Of a stretch of 29,292 nucleotides of DNA, positions 10,730-20,097 are shown piece by piece (within the stretch, counting starts at the first letter, position 1; each line of letters starts with the position of its first letter). A program made the translations under genes and the position numbers. This DNA comes from Fonticula alba ATCC 38817. Its lineage: Eukaryota > Protista > Nucleariida. The stretch is taken from the NCBI GenBank assembly GCA_000388065.2, contig KB932210.1, one strand, 5' to 3'. The notes below the pieces were generated by a model. That model made no database searches. It was given only the letters and a program-made list of their open reading frames with translations, and was not told where the DNA came from.

Positions 10730-13700
10730 ATGTCCCTCTGCGCCGGACCGTCCTGCGCGGGGCGGTCGCCCCCACGCCCACCGCCGGGCCTCGTCCTGCT
10801 GCTCCTCCTGTCGCTGCTGGCTCTGCTGCAGTCTCCCGCCTCAGGCCGGCAGGCCTCCTCCCCTGGACACACTCCACCGGTGGCCCCGATGGACCGGGCC
10901 CCGGTGGTGAGCTCGGCCGACCCGCCGGAATTGCAGTTTCCCCGCGCCCCGGTGCCACTTTTTGGCGGTGTCTCATTCCACACCGTGAACACGCTGCTTG
11001 CCAAGGAAACTTCGATCGCCATCATTGGCCAGGCCGCCGACAGTGCGCAGCTATTCTCCCAGGCACTTGTCGACTTCACCACGGCCCCGGAGTGGCGGGC
11101 CGGCTGCTATTTCAGCGAGGCACACCCGATCGACTCCATCTCGTCGCCTTTTGCCCTGAGCCTGGGCACGACGCGCTTTGTGCCGAGCCTATTCCAACCA
11201 AAGCCGGCCCTGTTGGAAGTTTCGGAAAACGTCATGCGACTGGTGCTGGCCGATTCGGACAGCACGTCGCATGAACACACCACCCCCACACGTGCACTGG
11301 CCATGGTGGCCGATTCCCCGGAGAAGGTCTTCGCCATCATGATGAGTTCCAGCGACGTTCCTTCGCTGCTGGTGCTTGCGAGGGACGCCCCCCCGACGAG
11401 TTTCGGCCTCCAGCTCAGTCACTTCACGTACGCCGGCGTGCGCGGCGTGCGCGGGTCCCAGCACGCGATCTTCCTGTGGCAAGGGAACCACATTGCCCGT
11501 GTGACCTTCGACAATCCAGCCAGCCCCGCCGCCCGGTACCTGGCCCTTCCATACACCATCATCAGCCTGGAGGCCGTTCGTATACACCCCAATACCAATG
11601 GCTCCATGGATGACCTGCTGGTTCTCTATGGCAATGGCGAGTGGGCCCTGTGCACCCAGTGCCATGGGCTCACTGCCCAGACCGACTTCCGGGTCATCCA
11701 CAAACACCCGGCTCCCGTGCGGGGCCGCATCCTGGCCGTGGCCGGCTACCAGACCGACACCCCGGTGAACAGGGCTTTCTTCCATGAAACTCTGACACCC
11801 AGCGGAGATGCCCTTTGGCGCATGGACTTCGATGCGGATGCCCAGCTGCTGGGCATGCGGCCAGTGGCCCTGGCGGCCAATGCCCTGGCCAATGCCCCGA
11901 CCCTGCAGGTGATGCAGCTCCGGCGGTCCTCCCAAGCCTGGACCATCGCCCTGGCCGATCGGTCCTACGTCTACTTCGACGGCTCGGACTTTGGCTGCGG
12001 CCCGTCGGGCGACGAGACGATCGTCTGCTCCCCGAGCAGCCCCGATGGCTGGGCGTGCAAGACGGGGCACGCGCAGTCGCTTTTCGGCACCCGCGGCCGT
12101 CTGTGCGACGCCTGCAGCCCGGGCTGGGGTGCCGAGTATTTGCCCACCGGTGCGCCTCTCTCGCCAGCCGGCCGGCCGGCCGGCCGGTCGCCGAGGCTCC
12201 CACCCCGCCCGCCCGCCCGCCCGCCTGTCCGCCTGCCCGCCCGCCTGCCCGCCCGCCCGCCCGCCCACCCGCCCGCCCGCGTCCCTTGCCCCTGGGGGCC
12301 CCTCACTAACGGCCCTGATGCTCATCCGCCCTTCCCCCCTCCACCCGTGGCATTTCATGTCCTGTGGTATACACACACACACACCGCCACAACCATGGCC
12401 TCCGGGGATGTCCCCCCTCCCCCCCTTGCCGGGCATCCAGGCGTCGAGTGCACCAAATGCCCCGACCCCAATTGCGCCGTGTGCAACCTGCAACACGGCT
12501 GCCTGGCCTGCCTGGAGGGCTTCCGCACCATCCTCCAGCGAGATGGCCAGGTATCCTGCATCGGCGACCCGGCCTGCCCCGAGGGGACCATCGATGATGG
12601 GGTGCTGTGCCTTGCATCCGAAGCGACCTCCCATTTGGGCGTTTACCTTCGGCTGGCCGAGTCGCCGGTCCGGGGGCTGGCCCCGGGCGAGGAGGTCGGC
12701 ACACTGGTGCCCACCTCGCTGGAGGTGGACCCGGCCACCGGCACGCTGCTGCTGCCCGGCCCGGGGCCCGTGGTGCCGGTCGGCTCGCGGGGCATGCTTT
12801 CCCTGCGCGCAGGCGGCTCGCCGGTCTACCTGCGGGATGACCGCCCGACCGCCGCATTGGACGCCATCCCGCTGGGGGAGCTCGGGCCGCTGGCGAACTT
12901 GGATGTTCGCTCCGCCATGGAGCTTCGGGTGTGGCCGGCATCGCAAGCTCGCCCATTCGTGGCGCTGCTCGTGTGCCACACCGGCGGGCTGGTCCTCTTC
13001 CACACGCAATGCCCGGCTGGCTGGTCCCAGCCCCAGGACCCGTGCCCGGTGGAACTCCGCTCTGAGCCCATCCCCGGCGGGTGCGAGCACATCGCCCGCC
13101 TGGAGGCCCACGCGGCCAGTGTCCTACGTGCCCCCGGGAACGGTGCGCTGCACATCCGCCTGGACATGGTCACCGGCAAGCTGCTGCCCTACCCGCCGCA
13201 ATCGCACGCCATCCATCATCTGGCCCTGCTCGAGACCCCGAACGTCGGGCTCGGCCCGGGGGACCGGCTTGTCGTGGCCCCCATCGCGGGGGGCAAGCTT
13301 CGCGCCGCCCCGGAGGCCATGCTCCTCCGGGAGGAGGCCCGAATGCAAGCCTTGACGATGGCCGGCGGCAGCCTGCTCCACCCGGGGCTGTCCCTGCCGG
13401 CCGGCTGGCATCCGGTTGTGGTTCGCACCCCGCACCGGGCCGCCTCCCCGGGGGAGCTCTTTGTCACCGGCCTGATCGCATCGGCCGACGGCAGCAACCG
13501 CGTCTTTTGGGAGGCGCTGCACCTGTCCCAGGGGGTCCTGCCGGTCGGGGCCCGGGCCCATGCGCTGCCTGCCCGGCGCCAGCGCCTGGCCACCCTGGCC
13601 GGTGGCCACCCGCCGGCCTTCCAGGTGCAGGCCATTCCCCTGCAGGTGCCCGGCGTCCCGGGCGCCCTCGTGGCCATGACACCGTCTGGCATCCATGTGG

Positions 13701-16700
13701 CGCCGGTCTACTGCCACCCCGTGACGGACCTGTGCGCCGCCCGGCCGGCCGTCGGCCAGCCCTTCGCCTCGTTCCTGCCCCGGCATCCGGCCGGCCACCT
13801 GCTGGCGCCTCGGGCAAGCTCGCTCGTCGGGGCCACCGGCCGGGCCTTCATGCTGTCCGGCCATGAGGCCGGCCCGCCGGCGCAGCTGACCATCGACATT
13901 GTGTCGTGCGCCGGCCCGGGCCAGCAGCCGCCACACTGCCTCGAGTGCCATGAGTCGTGCCTCGGGTGCGAGGAGGCCGGCCGGGAGGACGCGTGCCTCG
14001 GCTGCCCGGCCGGCCGGGTTCTCTTCCAGCGGACCTGCCTCGATGGCTGCCCGGCCGGCATGTGGCCCGATGCCGGGGTGTGTCGGGCCTGCGCCGTCGG
14101 GTGTGCCGCCTGCACCGGGCCCGGCTCCTGCTCGGGCTGCCTCCAGGGGGAGTTCCTCAGCCCGACCACCCGCCGGTGCCTCTCCTGCCAGGGGTCCTGC
14201 GCCGAGTGCGACGACGACGCGGCCTGCACCGTCTGCAAGCCGGGCATGGTTTTTTTGAGCCCGGACGCCCAGACCCGGTCCCTGTGCGGAAGCACCTGCC
14301 CCCCGGGGCAGCATGTCGGCGCTGCCCGGTGCGAGGAGTGCAGCGCGCCGTGCTCGCTCTGCGCCGGCCCCGGGCCCGACGCCTGCCTGGTGTGCGCCCC
14401 GGGCTTCCGCTGGCTCGGGCCGCCGCCGCCGCAGCCGCAGCCCGACACAGGGGGCACATGCGTCGCCTGCGCCGAGGGCTGCCACGCGTGCACCGACGCC
14501 CGGTGCCTGGCCTGCGCGGCCGGGCTGCTGCTGACCGACGGCGGCGCCTGCGTGGCCGCCTGCCCGGCTGGGTTCTTCAGCAACGGCGAGTCGTGCCAGC
14601 CGTGCGACGTCAGCTGCCGGACGTGCGCCGGCGGTGCGGCCGACCAGTGCACCGACTGCGGCGCGGGGCTGGAGCTCGTCGAGGCGGCCCCCGGCGTGGG
14701 GACCTGCGTGTCCGGCTGCCCGGAGGGCCAGTACCCGGCCGGGGGCGCCTGCCTGCCCTGCGACGCGGCCTGCGCCACGTGCAACGGCCCAACCGATAAG
14801 GACTGCTGGCGCTGCACCGGGGCCATCCTCCAGGACACCGAGTGCGTGCAGGCCTGCGCGGCCGGGCACTTTGCCGCCGGCGACCGGTGCCTGGCCTGCC
14901 ATGCCTCGTGCGAGGCCTGCACCGGCAGCCGGAGCACCGACTGCACCGCCTGCCCGGCGGGCCTGCTGCCGCTGCCGGCCGGCCAGTCGCCCATGCGCTG
15001 TGTCCCCGCCTGCCCGGTGGGCTCCCGGCTGACGGCCGCCGGCTGTGCCCCCTGCGGGGCCCGCTGCGCCAGCTGCCCGGGCGAGGCGTCCACCTGCGGC
15101 CAGTGCGAGCGCGGGTGGCTGCTCGATGGCCCGGCGTGCGTGGCGTCCTGCCCGGCGGGCAGCTGGCCGCTGGGGGTCGCCTGCTCCGGCTGCCATGCCG
15201 CGTGTGCCTCCTGCCACGGGCCGGGGGCCGGCGACTGCCGGTCGTGCGCGGCGCCGGCGCCCCTGCAGCTGGACAGCACCTGCCATGGCGCCTGCCCGGC
15301 CGGGACCTTCCAGTCCGACCACATGTGCCTCCCCTGCAGCGGCATGTGCGCCGGCTGCTCCGGGCCCAGCAGCACCGAATGCACCGGCTGCCGGCCGCAG
15401 GGCTTCCTCCTCCAGGGGGCCTGCTTGGACTTCTGCCCCGGGGGGCATTTCGCCGATGGCCAGGCCGCCTGCCAGGCCTGCCATGCAAGCTGCGCCATGT
15501 GCACCGGGCCCCTGGCCACCGAGTGCACCGGCTGCCACGAGCCGGGGCTCCTGCACGCGGGCCGCTGCGTGGACCAGTGCCCCCCGGGCAGGGTGGCCTG
15601 CCGGGCCACGGGCCAGTGCGACCCCTGCCCGGAGGGCTGCACCTCCTGCCAGCCGGGCGGCCCGGTCCCGGGCCACATGTGCTCGGCCCGGTGCACGGCC
15701 TGCCAAGCGGGGCTCGTCCTTTTCCAGGACCGCTGCGTGGAGGCCTGCCCGGCGGGGGAGTTCCACGCCGACTCGCGGGCCACCCTGTGCCAGCCCTGCT
15801 CGGATGTGTGCGCCTCCTGCTTCGGCGCGGCCGACATGTGCACGGCCTGCGCCGACGCCGGCCTCTGGCTCCAGTGGGACACGGGGGTCTGCCTGGGCGC
15901 CTGCCCGCCGGGCCAGGCCCCCACCACCTCGGGCCATGTGTGTCTCCATTGCATGCAGGGGTGTGCCCGGTGCACGGCCGGCCCGGCGGCCGACGCGTGC
16001 ACCACCGCCCCCGACCGGTCGCTCGCCTGCCTGGCGGCCGGGTCGTGTGACGAGTGCGCGCCCGGCCTGCTGCTCTTGGGCCGGGACAAGTGCGTGGCCG
16101 CCTGCCCGGAGGAGGGCTTCTTCGCCGACTGGGCGGCCGCCCCGGCTGCCTGCCGCCCCTGTGACCCCCGGTGCCGGGCGTGCGTCGGGCCCACCGGGGC
16201 AGACTGCGCCTCCGGCGACAACCCCGCCCGCCGTCGGCTCGGTATGCCCCTCTCACGTCTCTGCCCGTTGCGTGGGCGTGGGTCCCCTTTTTTTTCTTTC
16301 GCCCCGCACACACGCCTCGGGCCCCTCAACTGACATGGACCCCGTGCCCAGCGCTCGGCCTGGGCATCGGATGCGGGCTGCTGCTCCTGCTTCTCCTGGC
16401 GGTGCTGGTGTTCTTCTTGCTCCGGCGGCTCCTGCGCCAGCGCCGCGCCTCGGCCAAGGTCCGCCACCGTGGGCAGCTGCTCTTGCTGGCTGCGCCCCCT
16501 CCTCCCCCCCCCCAAGCGGGCCATCGCCCCTCCGCACGAGGCCCTTTGCACTGACACCCGAGCCCGGTCCGTAGGAACACGACGACGAGGACGCCACCGT
16601 CATGAACACCATGCTGGAGCTGTCGCTCCCGGGCAGCATCCTCGTGAGCATCGCCAGCGACTTCGCGCCGCTGGACGAGCAGCTGGGCGCCGGGACCCAG

Positions 16701-17621
16701 GCGTCGGTCTTTGCGGCGCGCGCCGTCGGGGCCGGCATCTCCGACCGGCTGGGCTGCCCGGGCACCGTGGCCATCAAGCAACTGAAGGCCGCGCGCATGA
16801 CCCCGGCGCAGGTGACCCTCTTCCAGAACGAGGTGGCGCTGATGTGGCTGCTGCGCGACGCGCCGAACATCGTCCGGCTGTACGGCTACAGCGAGCAGCC
16901 GCCGGCCATCGTCATGGAGCGCTTTGACACGGACCTGGCCTCGCTGCTGCACTCGGACGTTCCCCTGGACCAGGGCACCATCTTGGACATCTGCCAGCAG
17001 TGGGCCTCCGGGCTGGAGGCCATGCACACGCAGGGCATCGCCCACCGGGACCTGAAGCCGGGCAACGTCTTTGCCAGCCAGCGCCCGGATGGCTCCTGGA
17101 CGGCGGCCCTCGGGGACCTGGGCACCTCGCGCAACCTCAACACCGACCGGTCGTCCACCCTGGTGAGCCAGGCGCCGGAGCTGAACGCCATGACGGCGCG
17201 GTACGCGGCGCCGGAGGTGCTGGCCGCCTTCCAGCGCCGGCGCCCGCTGGCCCCGGAGCTCCTGCTCCCGGCGGACATCTACTCCGCGGCCGTCATGCTG
17301 TGGGAGTGCCTCACGCGCATGGTTCCCTGGGCTGGTGCGCTCCCATCCCCGCCTCCGCCCCTTCTGCCATCGGCCCATGGGCCCACATGTCACGACCGCC
17401 GGCTAACACCCTGCCCCCGGGGAGGGGGCGGGCCCGTACACCCAGGCATGAACTTCGAACACATCATGCTGGACGTCGTGGCCGGCAAGCGCCCCGCCGT
17501 CCCCCCCGACGCGCCACTTGGCGACCTGCTCCGCATGGGCTGGGACTCGAGCCCCCATAGCCGGCCGCTGGCCGCCTCGCTCCGGCAAAAGTGCGCGCAC
17601 GCCTGGACCAGCCAACAGTAG
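10730..17621 (+). CDS. Receptor kinase gene 3, complete; exons 10730-12149, 12441-16241, 16352-16458, 16575-17334, 17446-17621 (6264 nt, 2087 aa)
   Basis: Signal peptide ...PPPGLVLLLLLSLLALLQSPASG. All four introns are GT-AG with compatible phases and the summed length is divisible by 3. The spliced TM region reads RRRL-ALGLGIGCGLLLLLLLAVLVFFLL; kinase motifs match genes 1 and 2; stop TAG at 17619-17621. Alternative in-frame ATG at 10655. Confidence 0.88.
12150..12440 (+). other. Gene 3 intron 1 (291 nt, phase 1, in-frame read-through, contains a (CCGC)n repeat)
   Basis: Donor GTGCGC, acceptor CCAG. Removal gives EYLPT-G-VECTKC and deletes a Pro/Arg low-complexity insert; position equals intron 1 of genes 2 and 4. 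Confidence 0.8.
16242..16351 (+). other. Gene 3 intron 2 (110 nt, phase 1)
   Basis: Donor GTATGC, branch-like CTGAC at 16330-16334, acceptor CAG; joins the ectodomain to the TM exon. Confidence 0.85.
16459..16574 (+). other. Gene 3 intron 3 (116 nt, phase 0)
   Basis: AAG|GTCCGC donor, CTGAC at 16551-16555, TAG acceptor. Spliced SAK-EHDDEDATVM matches HDDEDATVM of gene 1. Confidence 0.85.
17335..17445 (+). other. Gene 3 intron 4 (111 nt, phase 1, in-frame)
   Basis: Donor GTGCGC, CTAAC at 17403-17407, acceptor CAG. Spliced VPWAGMNFE aligns without gaps to VPWQGRDFE of gene 1. Confidence 0.85.
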
Positions 17622-18624
17622 GGGCTCGGCTCGGAGGCGCGCGCGCGGGCAGGATGCCCGGTGCCTCCGGCCTCCCCTCCACGCCCCTCGAGGCAGCGGG
17701 CCTGGCCGCCTGTGCCGCCCCTTGTCCAGGGGCATCGCCGCCTTCCGGCCGGGATTCGACCGGCACCGGCAGCCCGCCTGGGGGCTGCCCGAAATACAGC
17801 CAGCCGCCTCGTGGCGGGCCACTGCCGTCCGTCGAGCAACGCATCCCTCGGCCCGCTGGGCGATGTGGGCAAAGGGGGTCGGGGGCGATCACGGGGCGGC
17901 AATGGGCTTGGAGCCATGGAAGGGCATGTCCCTCGCGCTACGTGCCGTCGGGGGCCCAGCCGGGGGCCGGGAGCGGGGCTTGCCGGCCCGGCCCATGTTC
18001 ACGGCGCATGGGCGGCCACACTGGCCGGCGGATCGGCCGCCGGGCGCGGGGCATCATGCGAGCAAAGCACCCACAGGCAGGAAGGGCACCCCGCCATCGT
18101 CCGCGTGTCCTCCCCGCCCGAGAGCCGGTCGACGTGCAAGTCCGCCGACGCGTGTCTCGGCAGCCCCTGCCAAGGAGCCCCGGGCCGCGGGCTGGGCCCG
18201 CCCCCCAGGCGGCGCCATACAATCGGGCCCTCTCCCCCGGAGCCTCTCACGGGGCCCCGGGGCCGGGGTGCAGAGGGCAGGGACGACCCAGGGCAAATGG
18301 CCCCTGAAAGCGGGCCGCCGGCGTGCGGCCGTCAGGGCCGTTGGCAGTCTGGCCCATGGGCGCCCCGAGAAGTGGGCAGCCGGATCAATCGACCAATAAA
18401 TATTGGAGGCCCCCATATATTGGACGCGCGGGGAGCGGAACACAGAATGTCGCCGCTCGCGCATGGCGAGGCGGGCCCAGCATCGCCGGGTGGGCCCCGG
18501 GGCCTCTCCCCCGGCGCCTCGGCGTGGTTCATATTCTTGTTCGCGCTGCTGCGCCCCGCGTGGCCCGGCCCGGCGCCCGCACGCCGGGTGCCGAAAAGGA
18601 GAAAGCGCCGCTCCGGCGACCGAC

Positions 18625-18629
18625 AAAAA
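18625..18629 (-). terminator. Pol III terminator (T5) of tRNA-Val copy 1
   Basis: TTTTT on the minus strand 8 nt downstream of the tRNA 3' end. Confidence 0.7.
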
Positions 18630-18637
18630 GAAGGAAC

Positions 18638-18711
18638 TGTCCGAACCAGGACTCGAACCTGGGACATTCTGTGTGTTAGACAGATATGATAACCATCTAC
18701 ATCATTCGGAC
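18638..18711 (-). tRNA. tRNA-Val(AAC): tRNA-Val(AAC), copy 1
   Basis: Minus strand folds as GTCCGAA/TTCGGAC acceptor stem, D arm ATG..TGG..CAT, anticodon arm TCTGT-CTAACAC-ACAGA, T arm CCAGG-TTCGAGT-CCTGG and discriminator A; 74 nt, no intron. Confidence 0.96.
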
Positions 18712-20012
18712 TGAGGGAGGAGGCGGCCCTAGGGCCCCTAACGTGCGCGCTTTGGCCACCCGCCCGGGCGGAGAGCCTCGCCGGCCTCCCGGCGTTCCCG
18801 GGGCCGCGACCCATGCCGGCTGGCCTGCCGGGCGTGGCCGCCCCAGGGGAGCAAAGGGGGCCGGGGGATGTTCTTCGTGTCTCCCCTCCGACCCGGGGAT
18901 ACTGCAGCTTGCGCGCGTGCGCGCGCGCGATCACACGGCCTGGCCGACCGCCATCCGGCCGGTGGGCCGGGACCGCCGTGCCCGCATCGAGCCCCTGCTG
19001 TGGGGCGCCTCTCGCCGGGCGGCTGCCACCCGCCAGACATGGCTCCTCGCACGGCCATCTGGCCGGCTCGGCGCATGGGCGGCGCCCCGCCCGCCGGGCC
19101 CCCCCCCTGCCGGCATCCGGGCGGTCCGCGTGCCGACCGGCCACAAGCAAGCCCGGAAGCACCGCCGGCTTGCGGGCTCCGGCCCGGGGCGCGGCCAGCA
19201 GCGGCCAGGAGGGGCCGTATGGCCCGGCTGGCGCGACCCCGGCCCGGTCGAGCCCCGACCACCGGGCCACAGTGCCACCCATCGGCCACAGGGCGCCGTC
19301 TTCCCCAGCGTACATGAGGGGGATATGGTCGCCTGGGCGGGCCTTCGGACCTGCAGCGCCCGCCGTGCGGCCCCCCCCCCCCCCCCGGTGTCACGGCCCC
19401 GGCCGACCTGGGGGCCGGCGGGCCGCTGCTGCTGGCCTCGGGCTCCGGCAGCCGTGCGGCCCCCGCACGCCGGGCGCCCGGCACCCATGCGCCCCCAAGC
19501 CGGAGCATGATGTGCCTGCCTGGCACGGTCCACCGGCCAGTCGCGCCGGCAGGTCCGGCATCACGGCCCGGCCACCGGGCAGTGGCCCATCCCGGCATTC
19601 GGGCTGCCCGGTTGGAAGGCGGCGGTGTTTCTTTCTTTCATCCGGCCGCTGGGCATGGCCCCGGCGCAGGACATCACCCGCGCGGGCCCCCCGGCCTCGA
19701 GCGGAGCCCCCTCTTCCGGCAGCTCACCCTCCTCGGGGCCGCTCGCTTGCCCTGGGCCGCCGGCACGGCCGGGCCCTCTCCCACGGTCGGCCCCCCCCCC
19801 CCCCTCGCCCGGCCCTCCTGCTGACATGTCCCCCATGCTGCCGGCGGCCTCCCCTCCCGACACCCGGGTGACATATGCCTGACGCTCGCATGCGCGCGGC
19901 GCAGGGCCACCTCTCGACAGGCCCCCCCCCTTGCACCCGGAGAGCCGGGCGCAGATGGACATACACAGAGAGATGGGAAGGGGACACGCACAGCAACCGA
20001 CACACGCCCGGC

Positions 20013-20018
20013 AAAAAA
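20013..20018 (-). terminator. Pol III terminator (T6) of tRNA-Val copy 2
   Basis: TTTTTT on the minus strand 5 nt downstream of the tRNA 3' end. Confidence 0.75.
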
Positions 20019-20023
20019 GGATC

Positions 20024-20097
20024 TGTCCGAACCAGGACTCGAACCTGGGACATTCTGTGTGTTAGACAGATATGATAACCATCTACATCATTCGGAC
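20024..20097 (-). tRNA. tRNA-Val(AAC): tRNA-Val(AAC), copy 2
   Basis: Identical 74-nt sequence to copy 1 with unrelated flanks and its own T-run terminator. Confidence 0.96.

Noticed and set aside
3708-16574. Numerous antisense and alternate-frame ORFs overlapping the kinase genes (e.g. 11189-13111, 13124-15949, 13708-16557, 5798-7963)
   Set aside because: Shadow frames of high-GC coding DNA; Arg/Pro/Gly/Ala-rich with no domain motifs.
18393-18406. CCAATA-AA-TATTGG hairpin containing AATAAA
   Set aside because: Short palindrome ~770 nt past the gene 3 stop; a possible poly(A) signal but unsupported.
17622-20023. ORFs in the GC-rich spacer around the tRNA genes
   Set aside because: Low-complexity R/P/G/A translations in all frames; nothing recognisable.
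20024-20045. tRNA-Val copy 2 as the element's primer-binding site
   Set aside because: It is a full 74-nt gene with a terminator, and it lacks the TGG (anti-CCA) a PBS needs.
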